DNA of 64,000 nucleotides. Source: Piromyces finnis finn. Taxonomy: Eukaryota > Fungi > Neocallimastigomycota. The notes under the pieces are model-generated. The model made no database searches. It was not told the DNA's origin and saw nothing but the letters and a program-made list of their open reading frames with translations. Within the stretch, counting starts at the first letter, position 1. Each line of letters opens with the position of its first letter. This document shows positions 13,848 to 28,700 of this stretch, piece by piece. The stretch lies in NCBI GenBank assembly GCA_002104945.1, contig MCFH01000001.1, forward strand, positions 1,426,001 to 1,490,000, written 5' to 3'. The translations under genes and the position numbers were made by a program.

Positions 13848-15361
13848 TTAATGTTTGTTTTTTCTTATTTTTTGCTTTTTAGCTTGAAGTTCACTCTGAA
13901 CTTGTAAATATAAATTATAATCTTTAGAAAATGATTCAATAATATCCTTTTGAATCTATTAATATTAAATATTATATTTTATATATTTTTTTAAAAATTA
14001 AAAAATTAATAATTTTTATGTTTATATATTATCATAACTTCAATAATAATAGTAATAATAATAATAACCTGAGTTGCACTACGTTTTGTTATTTTAATAT
14101 TTTTAGCACGATAGGATTTCCTTCTTCTTTTATAATCTCTTTGTTCTGCATAAAGTTGTGCTTTTGATTTTTCTGATTTCTCCATCTGAGCTATATATAT
14201 ATTTATAATTATTAATATTAATGTTTTTTTAAAAAATAATAATAAATATTATAATTTAACCTTTTCTTTCTTCAACTATATCCATTATTTCTTCAAAATT
14301 TGATACGTTTTTGTTTTTATCTATAAATTCACTTTCTATTTTTCTTGAAAGTGACAAATCGTTAATATATTCATTTAATCTTTCTTGAACTGTTTGTTCT
14401 TGCACTTCATTTTTAGATTTTAATGGGTTATTTATCTATAGGTTTTTCACAGAATAGATATAATGAATATATTAATTTTATAATAATAAAAGTTATTAAT
14501 TAATATTATTAATCTTATAATATGAATATCATTATTTTTTATAATCTATTATTACTTACATTGCATATTATATGTTTGTCATTTTCATATTTTTTAATAA
14601 CATATGATGGAATAATATCACTTGATTCATATTCTTTACGAAATTCTATATTTTTATCATTTTTATCCTTATTATCATTATTATCATCATCATTTATATC
14701 TAATATTCAATTAAGAAATTAATAAAGAATTGTTTAAGATTTATTATTAATAGATTAATAATAATTATAAATAATTATTACTTCTTGTTAATAAGGAAAT
14801 AGTATTTGTGTTTGAATAAAAAAATTGGGAACTTGGTGGATTTGGAAGCTTTTAAAATGAATTATTGTTATTCAAATATTAATAAAATATTTAATTACAA
14901 ATAATAAAATTATAAAAATATTATTATTTACTATTAAAACATTTTAAATACAAAATTTTTATAACAATAATAAATATATTGCTTAATAAAGAAAAAATCA
15001 TCTTTTCTTACGCTTAATTTTGTATTAATGCCCTTGGAAATTAGTTCACATCTTCTTCTATGTTTTTCATAGTTTTTCCTTGAAACAATATGCTTTTTAT
15101 TAAATGGACAAACAATTCTATCATCAATCTTAATATAAAATATTATTAAATATCATTCATTTAATACAACTAACGTTTGCTAATAGTATTTATACACACC
15201 TTACTTTGTTTATTCAATAATAAATTTATATTTAAATCATATTTATTTAACACATTTTCAAATTCTATTTCGAGATCATGAATTTGATTATTCAATTTTG
15301 AAATTTCGTTTCTTTTATTATTATTTATATTATCTTCTGAAGAAACAAAATTACTTAACAT
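13848..15361 (-). CDS. SNRNP48: U11/U12 small nuclear ribonucleoprotein 48 kDa protein (minor spliceosome, U11-48K)
   Basis: Seven hand-spliced exons. They contain a CHHC zinc finger (VCPFNKKHIVSRKNYEKHRRRC) followed by PNPPSSQFFYSNTNTISL, a central TVQERLNEY motif, and the family-diagnostic YAEQRDYKRRRKSYRAKNIKITKRSATQIQKDII (animal 48K: LAEVRDYKRRRQSYRAKNVHITKKSYTEVIRDVI). Confidence 0.9.
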
Positions 15362-15516
15362 TATCCAAAAAATATCATTTAACAAAATTTTATTTAGGAA
15401 TTATCATATAATGAAAAAATCGAAGATAATACATTTCATGAATTTATTTAAACCACCTAATAATAATACTATAATGAATTTAAATTATATTACTTATATT
15501 ACACAAACTTAAAATT

Positions 15517-15677
<161 letters not shown>

Positions 15678-15694
15678 ATCCTAAATATTTTGAA

Positions 15695-18600
15695 TTATTC
15701 ATATTTCTTTACTTTAACTAAATAATAAGGTTGACCTTTTTTTAAAGGGATTTCCTAAAGAAGAAAATAATAAAATTATTAATAGCTTTACAATAATATC
15801 TTGATTATAATATATTTTATTTACTTTTTCGTCCGATTTTTTAAGTTCCATAGATAATATATATGAGAGAAGATAGGGTGTACTTTATTAAAATAAAAAT
15901 ACTCAATTATTTTCAATACTTATCATAATAATAATAATATTATTATTAATATACCTATTTAATATATTTCTATGTTCGGATGTTTTTAAGAAATATGGTA
16001 TATCAGAAAAAGGTGAAAACATAGAATAATCTTTTTTAAGAAATGATAATAATTGATAATGTTAATATATATTCATTATATAAAATTATAAAATACTAGA
16101 AATAATTAATATATAATATACAATTTGGATCATTTGTTTTTGAAAAAAGAACTAAATCATTTATTTCAAAGCTGAAATAAAAACATTATATAATGTATAA
16201 TTATTAGATATTAAGTTTAACTAAATAATAATAATAATATTTATAATAAATTAAATAGTACTCATTAAATTTTAATTTATTAGCTTCATGTTCTGCTTTT
16301 ATATTGGTAGATATATATATAATATATATACATAATTAATTATTTTTAAGATTTAAAGAACTTTAAAAAATTATTTAAAGCATTATAAAGATATATACTT
16401 TTATTACTAGTACTGGATTTACTATCAAATAAAGATAGCATATCTAATTTATTTTTTAGAAATTTAAAACTTTTTAAATGGTTATTTTCTAATGTGGAAG
16501 ATATAAATTGAACATATTTAAAAAGATCTTGACAGCTTTCTGAATCAGGCTCCTCTTCAATATTTTGATTTAATAATTTACAAACATTCTTAAAATAAAA
16601 CATATTCAGTTAAAATTAAAAAGTTATTGATTCATAAAGTATTAATAAATAAAAAACTTACTTTATGATATATTATTAGCTGTTCTATACTATAATGACA
16701 TAATGAAATCCAATCCTCGAGCTAATATAAATATATATTTAAAAAAAAAAAAAAAAAAAAAAAATAACCGACCTGTTAATTACTGTATACAATATTTCCA
16801 TATACTTTTATATATCTGAGAAATAAATAATAAATATTCACCTCATTTGATATATTCATTGAATCATCTGACGTTACAATATTTGGATTTCCCTTATTAT
16901 GATTCTCTATTGTTAAGTTTAATTTATCAATTTCATTTTTTAGTTGATTAATTTCATTTTTAAATTGAATATTTTCATCATTTAATTTCTCTTTTTCATT
17001 TTCCAATTTTATGATTTTTTCTTTTTCTTGACCTAATGTATTACTTAACTCCAGATTTTCATTTTTCAACTTTTCAATTTCATTTATTAATGTTTTCTTT
17101 TCATTATCACTTATATGTTCTATTTGTTGGATCTTTTCATTTAATTGGAAATTTTGTAATTTTAATTCTTTTATTTGATTTTCATAATATTCAGGTGAGC
17201 TTAAATTATTATTTTGATTATTTTTATACACTTAACATTAAAATTGTTTGTAAAATATTAAAAATAAAAAAGATGAATTAGTATCTTTGTAAAAAAAAAA
17301 AAAAAGAAAAAAATTAAAATTTTAACTTTCTATATTTAAATAGAATACTATTATTTTCAAACTCAATAGCATCTTCTAATTCTTGAACATAAGTTTTCAT
17401 TTTCTCAATAATTGGATATAATGATGTTCCATGATTTTTATACTCCTCATGATTATAATTTAATATTATTTGATTTATTAAACTTTCATTTTCTTTAAAA
17501 TAAGTTAAATATATTTATTATTATAGGTTAACTATTGATTTATTTATAGTTTATATTATTTCATACTTTGGATATATTCCTTTATTGGAAAATTATCACA
17601 AAAGTTAAAAATGCTTGGGGTAAATGTAGATGTTTTATCATCTAGTTCTAAATAATAATAATAATATTTTATAAATACAATTTATAAATTTATATAAATC
17701 ATCTATATCTATCTAATTTTTAGTATTTGTTTACCAGATACATAATTTAAATTGAAAAATTGTTGAAATTGTCTATTATATTCATTTTTTCGTTTCTTTT
17801 CCTGATAATAAATTTGATCCTTAAAAACTGCAAATTTTAAATGAATTAAATTATTATATTGCTTTCTTCGTATAATTTCCAAAAGTGTAGCATACCAAAA
17901 TATAGGAATATTATGAAGATAGTCAAGTTGATTAAAATGAGTATCTATAGTTTTCATATATTTTATTAATTTGACCAAGTCCATATCGAAAATATATTTA
18001 TTATTAGATATTGTTTGAATTCGTTTTATTTTATCGATTAAAGTCGACATCATCTCAATCTACATAATTATAAAAGCATTATTAATAAATATAAAATAAA
18101 AATGACATTACTATAGCAAAATTTGTTAATATTAATATATCGATACACACCTTTGTATTGATTAAGGTATTATTTGACAGATGTTCTTATATTTATTAAT
18201 ATACCCACGAATATCATTATAAATTGATTAGTATTTTTTATTGACTTATATATAGAAATTATAAAATAATTTTGTAACAATACTAAATACCATTTTCGTA
18301 ATCAAGCTCTCTGTAATGTTTTATTTGTTTGTTATTAAATGATTTGTTTTTTTTTTTCGTTTGTTTGTTTGTTTGTTTGTTTGTTTGTTTGTTTGTTTGT
18401 TTGTTTGTTTGCATATAAAATAATTAGTATTAATTTATAATGAATATATTTTATTAAATAATATTACTCTATTAAAGGAATTGAAAATTCATTATTTGAA
18501 CTTTGATTTAAATTATTATACAAAATATTCAACTCTTCATAGACATTTGATATTTTAACTATTATATATAATTTTTATATAAATTAATTATATTGTTTAT

Positions 18601-20022
18601 TAATCATTATTATTTATTACTTATTAATATAATATTACAATATTCCTGATGACAACGAGTTTTCCATAAATCAATCTTTTCTTTCGGTATAGCATCGGAT
18701 ATTTGCTTACTATTAATTAGAGATGCTGGAAGCTCTTGTATGATTTTCATATCACTTTCATAACTAATAAAAAAAAAAAAGACAAAAATAAAAAATTGTT
18801 CATTTTGCCTATTTACATTTTTTATAATGAATAATTTTTTACCAATTTAATAAAAACTCAAATTTGAGAAAATACTCCTTTATTGATTTGTTATAACTAT
18901 TATATGTTTCTTGAGCTTCTCTATTTTATATAAGGATATTTTGAATTTAATAACATATAAAATCATTGCTATAATTAATATATAAATAATGAATAATACA
19001 TCAATTGTTCTCTTAAATGATTCGTTAACGCATTCCAAATTTCATGTTGATTTTTAATTTCTATATTGAAAAATTAAACATTTTAATAATATTAATATTT
19101 ATTAAAAATAAATAACTAGTCAATTAATTAACATAATTTAAATTTATTTTAATAATTATATAATTATATAATTTTAATAATACCTGATACTAATGTCTTT
19201 ATACAATAAATTTTTTTTGAAAGAAAGAAAAAGAAAGAAAAACATTTAAGATTTTAACATGAAATAAAAAAACAAAATAAACGCAGATATATTAAATACT
19301 ATTTGACTCACTTGAATATCTTTGTTATCTTTTCTAACATCTTTCAATATAAATATATATTATTAAATTAATAAAAATTAATTCAATTACACCTAATAAA
19401 AAATAAAAATTATAATTATTAAATTTAAATCACTATTGTTCTTAATATATAATACCGTTTAATAAATCGTTTGGTATGCCATTTTCCAGCATTGTTCTAT
19501 TGAATACAAATACTTTCTATGAATTTAAAAAGAAAAAAAAATAAGGAAGAATTTTAGAAATAAAAAGAAATTTTGTGTAAATTTCACATTTCAAATGTTT
19601 AATAATTTATATTCATATGTGAATAACGATTTTTACTTCTTTTTTAAAATAGCTTAATTTATTATTTCGTATTTCCTTCCCATCACTTAATAAATATATT
19701 TGGTCAGAAGAAGGATAAAGAATTACATTTTGAATTTCTTTTGGTATTAATTCACTGGATATACTTTTTAATATAAAATTTTTAAAATATTAACATATAA
19801 ATAGATTTAATAAAATCTTTTTTATTCTATAAATTGTATATTTATTTCTACTTATTATCAATAATGATAAATTTAAAAATATATGATAAATACAAAAGAA
19901 AAACTATTCTTTTCAATATTTTAAAAATTATATAATTACATAAATTGTAAATTTACGAATCAATTTCATTACTTTTCATTAATATGTATAATATGTCCAG
20001 TGATAGCTTCAATAAAAACCAT
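15695..20022 (-). CDS. ATG11: Autophagy scaffold Atg11/RB1CC1(FIP200)
   Basis: N-terminus MVFIEAITGH...DQIYLLSDGKEI...KVFVFNR, then YESDMKIIQELP...IDLWKTRC, the Atg17-like core IPIFWYATLLEIIRRKQY...EKKRKNEY, a long coiled coil (16776-17231), and the C-terminal Atg11/claw domain KLKFNDFEINDLVLF...PYFLK...PLKKGQPYYLVKV*. Confidence 0.85.
18359..18411. repeat. (TTTG)n microsatellite inside an ATG11 intron
   Basis: Directly visible. Confidence 0.95.
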
Positions 20023-20031
20023 ATACCTTCC

Positions 20032-20075
<44 letters not shown>

Positions 20076-21242
20076 AATTAAACTTATTAAATATTATTAG
20101 GAACAAATATTAATTATTAATATTAAAATAAAAAAGAGAATAAAAAAGAGTATAGTATGTTATATTTTGAAAAGTCAAAATATACTTTATATTTTAAATT
20201 AAATAATTTAATTAAAATTATTTTTAGAATGTAAAACTTTAATTTTTATTCTATTTATTATAAGATTAAAAAAATATATACGTTAATTAATCATATCCAA
20301 ATATTAAGATAAATATTTCTTAAATAAAAAAAAAAATGTATTGAATAGTAAATACTTTTTCATTGCTTTTAATAATAAAGATGTTTCTTTTTATTTTTTA
20401 TTTTATTTATATATATATAATTTATATAATTTAGAATAAATTTGTATTATTTCAAATTATATATATATTATTAATAAATAATAATAATAAAAACAACATT
20501 GTTTAAAAAATTAATAAAAAATAGATATGATGTAATGTAATAATTTAGGCATTGAATAATAAATTTTAAATTCTCTAATTTCTTACAAAAATATGATAAA
20601 TTTTCTTTTTTTTTTTTTTGTTGTTGTTGTTGTTATTGCTAATTTTTTATATTTGTATTTTACGATAATGTCATAATAAAATTTAAAATGTGTAAAAATA
20701 AGAAACAAGAAAACTATTTTATATAAAAATAATTATATAAACTATTAATGTGTTAAAAAACACACTTTAATATTTATATATATTTAATTTTCTTTTTCTT
20801 TACTATCTTTGATTTTGAAAATTATAACTAATAAATAATTTTATAGATTAATATAAATACATTTAGATAATTGTTTTTGAAAAATAATTTTATGATGTAT
20901 ACTATTTAATAATTATTATAAACTATGATTTTGCCGATTATATTAACTTTTTAGGTATTTGTATTAGGTATTTAAATAATTCAAAAAGAAAAATATAACT
21001 TTCTTCTATAGAATATGAAAATGAAATAAAATATGACTTAATATTATTTTTCAGATTTGTTGCTTTCTATATTACTCTTGGTTTACCCAAAAGTATAATA
21101 GAAATTATTAAAAAAAAATAATCATTTTCCTTTCTTCTCAGCGGTTAACTTTTCTTTCTTTTACTTCACACTTTATTATATAATAATAGAGAACTTTTTT
21201 TTTTTTGAGATAGAAAGATAAGAGTATATTAATCATATAAAT

Positions 21243-22766
21243 TTAAAGGGTATGATAAGCAGGTCCTTCTGTAACTAACGGAAGTTGAACAAAAGCAGGG
21301 TGTTGTATTTGTTGTTGTTGAAATTGGAACTGTTGTTGATACTGTTGTTGATATTGTTGTTGCTGTAATTGCATTTGTTGTTGCTGTTGAAATTGTATTT
21401 GTTGTTGTTGATACTGTTGTTGTTGAATTTGTTGTTGTTGATATTGTTGTTGCTGAAGTTGTTGTTGTTGTAATTGTTGCTGTTGTAATTGTTGCTGTTG
21501 TAATTGTTGTTGTATTCTATTTTGACCTTCGTCATCACTATTACTACTGTTAGTATTATTCGTTGGTACTATATTATGACTATGTTCTAAATGGTATTTT
21601 AAACCATTTGAATTTTTATAACGCTTATTACATCCTTTTACAGAACAAACAAATGGCTTACAAACTTCTAAATCAGCATAAAATTCCTCTTGTTGATGAC
21701 CATGTTGGGTATGATATTTTAATCCATTTCTATTCTTATAAGATTTTGTACATCCAGGATAAGGGCATCTAAATGGTTTACTATTAAAGTTTTGATCATA
21801 CATATCTAATGGATTCGAATTTGGTGATACAGGAATTGAACGTATTGTTGATTCACTATCTTGTTTATTTATATCATTTTTACTATAAGTATCACTACTA
21901 GAAGTACTTTCACTATTAACATTATCAGAAAAAGAATTATTTCCAGGATTATTAATTATAGTATTTGACGATGAATTGCTTTGATTTTGAGTTCTAGAAC
22001 CTTCATTTAACATAGTTATTGAAGGAAGTGTTATTCCTTGAGAGGAGCTTTGTGAAGCTGTACCATATTTATGTTTTTGTGGTGATTGAATAGGTGTTGG
22101 AATTTGTAAATTTTCATTAAGCATATAATCTGATTTATTGATATTTTGATGATAATATATCACTAAATATATAAGATTTTATTATTAGTAAATAAATAAT
22201 TTTTTTTAAAAATAAAGATTATAATAAAACCTACTTTGATGATTAGAAGGTAAATTTTGTTGTTGAATTGGAACAGAGTAAGTAGCAGTAGTACTTGGAG
22301 AAGTATACATTGTTGGGTATTTTGCATTAGAAGCAGAAGAAGAATGTATCTGTTGTTGTATTGATGCTATTTGTTGAGGATAGGTTACAATTTGTGTAGT
22401 AATCGAAGAAGGATTACTATTTTGATTCTGAAGATAATAATTTTGTTGAGCAATATAATTTGCAAATTTTTGTTGAGTTTGAGTATTTGAACTTGAAAAT
22501 TGAGAGTGAAATGAATTCGATCTACTTGATAATTGAGTTCTTGTAGAAGGAATTTGTTGTCTTGCTAAAAGATATGAGTTATTAGATAAAAAAGATTGAG
22601 CATTTGTAGTTTCATCCCATGGAGTTTGAGTAGAAGAAGGGTTTTGTGGACTATTAGTACTTCCAGATTGGTTCTGTCCATTTTGTTGATTTTGAATATA
22701 CATCGATGGGTATGCAGTACTCGTTGTGTCAACTAATTCATTATTTATTTGATATTGAGAAATCAT
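21243..22766 (-). CDS. SFP1: Sfp1/JAZF1-like C2H2 zinc-finger transcription factor with poly-Q tail
   Basis: Two exons joined at CAA A|gtaggt...ag|TG ATA. They encode KPFRCPYPGCTKSYKNRNGLKYHTQHGH and KPFVCSVKGCNKRYKNSNGLKYHLEHSH (the NGLKYH signature), with poly-Q at ~21300-21510. An upstream, possibly non-coding exon is suggested by a GTAAGT donor near 22955. Confidence 0.82.
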
Positions 22767-25700
22767 TTTTCTATAAAATTATATTATTTAAATAAAAAGT
22801 TTACACTATATATATAAAAAAAATTAATACTATTTTAAAAAATATATATATTACATAAGTAAATATAAAGGAAAATAATAAAAACTTTATAAATATTTAA
22901 TGTTTCATATTTTTAATATCAAATTTTATTGCCATAGGTCACTTTTAAATACTTACATATTCAAATATATTTTATAATAACTTATTATTTTCTTTCAGCT
23001 TCTAACTATGTAATTATTCCTTATTTTATTTTAATTACTTTAATTAGAACTTGTCTTTCTTTATTTATTTATATATAGTAAAATTTGGTGGTTGTTGTTG
23101 TTGTTGTTTTACTATTATCTATCAAAATATATTATTAAAAAGCTTTTCTATTAATGGATAGAAAAAAAAAACTTTTAATATTATATTAATTTCTTCTTTA
23201 GTCTTTTCTAAATTGCAGTAACACTGTTGAATTGATAAAAATTAATAGTAAATAATTATTTATCAAATTATTAAATAGCATATATTGCCTTATTTGTAAT
23301 AATTTTAGTGCTAATAAAAAAGATATTAATATTTATTAAATGTTTATAGTCAATGATATTCTCTTTTTTTTTAAGCACAAGTGTATTAATACATTGAATA
23401 TAAATTTTGATCTTTAATTCTACTTTTAATGTCCTTATATAAATATATATGTATTATATTTATGTATTGTATTTTCTTGGTGTTTTTTTTTTTTTTTTTT
23501 TTTGATAACTTTAAATAATATTAATTTTCCTTTTTCAAAAAAATGAAAAGAAAAAGTCTTGCTATTTTAATATTAATATTTTCTTTCAAAATATATAAAA
23601 AATAGTTAATATATTTTTAATGATTAAAAAAATTTTTTTTTAAAAAAAAAAGATAATTATTAATTTTTTTATACTATTTCATTTCCTAGTTTTTATAATA
23701 TATTTTTCATTTTTTAAATTTAATATATAATATAATTAAATATTATATTAAAATATTTTTTTACCTTATACTTTAAAAAACTAATTAAAAGAATATATAT
23801 AAAATTTAATTTATTTGAAAAATACATATATCATAATAGAATTATTAATATATTAAAATTAAATAACAACTATGTATAATAAATATAATCTTTAAAATTA
23901 ATTTATTACTTGAAATGAGCTTTTAAATAGTTAAATATATTTTATTTCAAATATCTCAATATATTGAAATATATAAAATGAAGAATATATTTACAATTTA
24001 TTTTGCAATATATAATCGTCATATTCACATTTATTTGAATATATTAATAATTTAAATTACTAGATAAATTTTAAGGATAATAAATATATTAATAACTGAA
24101 AATAGAATAATAGTAAATAAGGTTTATATATTATATAAAATATTTATAATATATTCTTTTATCTACTTTTATAATTATTCAATTGAATTAATAATTATAG
24201 TATTATGTGTATAATATATTTTGTATATTTTGTAAAATAATAATATATTATATTATCAATTTTACCAATACATCCCATTATATATAAGAATTTAAACTTC
24301 TTATAATAACTTTACTTGCCATAAAATGAATATATATTATTATATATTATAACTTAAAAGAATAATATCATAAACCTTATATGTTAATGAAATTATTTTA
24401 TTAGTCAATTCAATTATGTATAATGTATTTAATTTTACCATATATTTAGTACGTAATATACTATAATATATTTTATTATAATTAAAACCTTAATAAATAA
24501 GGATTACATTAATATATCTAATAAAAAAAGATACTCTACGATATAGATAATATATTATTCATTTTATAATATATAAATTAATAAAATTCACTATTTTTAT
24601 GATATATAAAAGGTACTTTAAAAATACACCCTTAATTTGATAATATATAGTTTTATATTAGAATTAACTAATTCAAATATTTTAAATATATAATGCATTT
24701 GATTAGTACATAATGATAAACAACCAACTCTACAAATATCATCCTATATTATTCAATCCAACTCCTATATCAAATATAAAGATTAAATAAAGTATTCATC
24801 ACATCCACTCCTATATATCTTTATAATTGATCAAATTTTTAGGTATTGGTAACTACCATGTTTAATTCAAAATTAAAAACAGAATAAAGAAAATAACAAT
24901 ACTTTTTTCCTATATAATTATTTATTTACAATTTTTGCTATTTGTTAAAATTCTTTGATTATTATTACGACTACAAGATTATTATTAAATATTATTAAAT
25001 AAGCTTTTGAAATATTTAAATATATATTTGATTATTGAATATTATAAAATATGTATAAAGACTTTTGAAAGATTAATAATGATAAATAAAATATAATTTA
25101 GTTAATTATTAAAATTAATAAGATCAATTTTGCATCATTTTACTTTTTTTTTATTATAAATCGTATATAATAATAATTTTTTTTTATTATTACTAAGCTT
25201 TTTTATTAGTTATTTGATCTACAAAATTATATTTATTTTATGGATTAAAGATAAAAAAGATTAATTTATTTTAATAATGGAATATACATTAAATATTTGT
25301 TGTGTTCAAATTTTAAGGAAATCAATAAATGTCCTTTTTCCTTAAAATATTTTTGTTTAAATTACACATATTATAAAAATTTTTAATTTTTATATATAAA
25401 AATAAAAAAAAAAACTTTATTCTCTTATTTTTAAGCAGCATGATTAAAACTTAAAGTTTGTTTTATTACTATCTTTTTAAATAGAGAATTAGACTCTCAT
25501 TTTTTCTATTATTTCAATAATATTACCTAGAATACACTAAAATACCACAATAGCCTATTGTAATTATTAGCGAAATAATAGTAAATAATACTTATTATGA
25601 AGTACTATTTCACTTGTATCCACGAATTATTATTTTTTTATTTTTAAATTTCACATTAATAATATATAATAATATATTAAAATTAAATTAAAATTGTTTT

Positions 25701-28700
25701 TTCCATATAAATGAATATATTATTTTTATTGCCGTTTTATAATAAAAATATATTAATGTATATTGACAAAAAAAAACAATATAAACTAAAAAAGGGGTAA
25801 AGAAAAAAATTAAATTCCATATTTAATATTTAAACAGAAAATTTTTCATATGATAAATATAATTATAATAGTAATACAAAGAATATCAAAAAGAAAAGGG
25901 AGTGTGTACAGATCAATTATATTTGTTATACTTAACAATGGCTATTTCATAAAAAAAAAATTTAATAAATATTATTATTTTCACCATTGATATTAGTTTG
26001 TTATTTTCTATATACTATATATAGGAAATAACATAAGAAATCATATTATATTTTAAAATAGTTACTACAGGAAATTTATAATATATGTATTTATTACCAT
26101 AAAACAAAACATAATAAATAAATATTTTTTTTACATATATAGATTAGATGTAACTATTTTAACAATTTTTTTGAAATAATCAAAATATACATATATATAT
26201 GTATATATAAATTAATAATTAAATTATTATTTGAAAGAAATTTTTTATTTATTTATTTATTTATTTATTTATTATAATTCATTATAATTTTATGTTTATT
26301 ACATTGTTCATAATGGATATAAATTATATTCTCTCATCATCGAAGATTATTGTATTTTCATTATTCTCAATATCAAAATAACATTAAAATGCATAATACA
26401 TAATAATAATATGAGAAAATATATATATTGATTTAATATATTAAATTAATATATCAATATTATTTTACTAATTTATTAAAGTTTAATACCTTTTTCACTT
26501 AACTATTTATAATAATTATATATATTATACTATTATAGGAAAAATTCATAGTTTAAATCTTATTACACATCTGAAACTATTGTTAAAATGAATATTATAT
26601 AATATTCAATAAAAATTATATAGGAATACATTTGAAAAAATAAATATGATATTTAGGCATTTTAATTTTTGGTAAAGTTTATTATTAAAAATAATATTAA
26701 ACCTATAAAAATAAAAGTGATATTATTAATTTTTACTTAAATGCTTTAATTGTTACTATCTCTATTATGAATTTTGTTCTGCATTTAATAAATATTCATT
26801 AAATTATTGTTGACTCTTTTTTTTTTATTATTATTATTATTCTTAATATATAAATAAATTATAAATTATAGATTGGCAGGTTTTCTTTTTATTCAAAACA
26901 TTTGTCTATATATCCAAATATCCAGAATTTAAATATTAAAAAAAATGTTATTTTTATACATAAAAAATATTTCTATCAAAAAAAGTAAAAATTTGTAGTG
27001 AAATAAAAAGGACCAAAGTTTTCATTAATATAATTAATATATTTTTTATAATTTTTTTTATTTATTTATTTTTGATTTAATTATTTAAAATAATATTAAT
27101 TAAGATTATATCCTCCAAAATTGATGATTATTTTTTGAGTTTATCTCATAATTCATTTTAAATTTTATAAATATTTAATAATATATATATTAATAATTTA
27201 TTTAAATATATTAAATTTATATTGATACTTTTTTTAAATATTTTAAATATGAAAAAAAATTTTATTCTTATAATTTTAATTTATAATGTACTCCATTTAA
27301 CATGAATATTTTCTTTCATATTTAAGTAATAAAGGAATATTATCATTCCTTTCTATATTAAAACTAACCATAAATTACTTAAAAAACTAAATATTTTTCT
27401 ATTTTAAGCAATAATAATTATTTATTTTTATGTTTTATATTTATTATGTTTAATATTATTTATTTATTTATTTATTTATTTATTCATTTATTCATTTATT
27501 CATTTATTTATTAAGTAATAATTAAATAATATAATAAATATTTTATTTCACAAAAAAAAAAAAAAGTTTTTTAAAGTATCTTCTTTTTAAAAGATTTTTA
27601 AAAAACGTTATTTTTAAATTTTTAATAATTTGGTACTTTTTTTAAAAATAGTTTTATTTTTTTGAAAATATATATTAAATATGATTAAATTAAATATAGT
27701 TTTTTTAGTTTAATGATGATGATGTAACATTAAAGTAAATTAAAAAAGAGAAAGATAGCTAATTAAAATAAAAGTGAATAACAAGAATAACAATTATTTA
27801 TTATATTTGTTTTTAGTGTGATATATTCTCTATAATTGGAGGTAAATAATTGTCATGAATCATGAATAGGACGATTCATTTTTTATTATAAAATTAAAAA
27901 AAAAATTAGTTTTACTTCTGATTATATTAATGAATTAATTTTTTCTAAATTTAGAAATCAATAATACCAAATTAATAAATTTTATTATATTTAATTTTAC
28001 TATAATTCATTAGTTAATGAATATAAATAATATAATTATACATCTTAAAATATACATATATAGGAAAATTAAATATTTAAAATTAGATATTAATAATAAA
28101 AATTAAAATAATAACTTAACAATTTATAAAATTAATTTTAATATAAATTTCATTTTTAAGCTTATTATACTTTAATGAATGAAAATTATAATACTAATAA
28201 AAATGTTAAAAGTCTTATTTAAAAAGTGTAATTTTTTTGTATATAAAAATAACTAATAATGATTTGAATAATAATAAGAAGAATTTAATAAGAAGCATAA
28301 ATGAAATTAATTTTATTTAAAATAATAACATATACTTTTAAACTGATATTTTATAATATAAAAATATTAACAATAAATATTAACAATATTGAATTGCTAC
28401 TTTCAATATTAGTTATTATATTTTTAATTCTAATTAAAATTAAAATGATAAAAAAAAAGGCATCTTATATTTCCGAAAATTATCATATTAATATTTAACA
28501 TAAATAATACGATGAATTCATCACTTTTTTTTATTATTATTTATTTAATACGAAAAATTAATTAAAAAAGCTTTTCACTTAGAAGAAAAATTAAATTGTT
28601 CTAATCTTTTTTAATTACTCAGTTGCTGAGAAAAATAAAAAAAAAGTAGTATCTAAATACATAATGGAGCTATTATTTTATGACTAATAAAATTAAGAAT

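Noticed and set aside
16769-16772. Apparent 4-nt micro-exon (taacag|GTCG|gttatt) in ATG11
   Set aside because: Including it shifts the frame into a stop codon. A single intron from 16841 to 16692 keeps the frame (NE|LEDW).
18921-18940. U12-like branch motif (ATATCCTTAT) just before an ATG11 acceptor
   Set aside because: The intron's donor is GTATTATT, not RTATCCTT, so it is a U2-type intron and the motif is probably chance.
28301-28498. Small ORFs in AT-rich spacers (also 46257-46520, 58287-58472, 59941-60162)
   Set aside because: They show Ile/Lys/Asn/Phe composition expected from background, with no motif or splice support.
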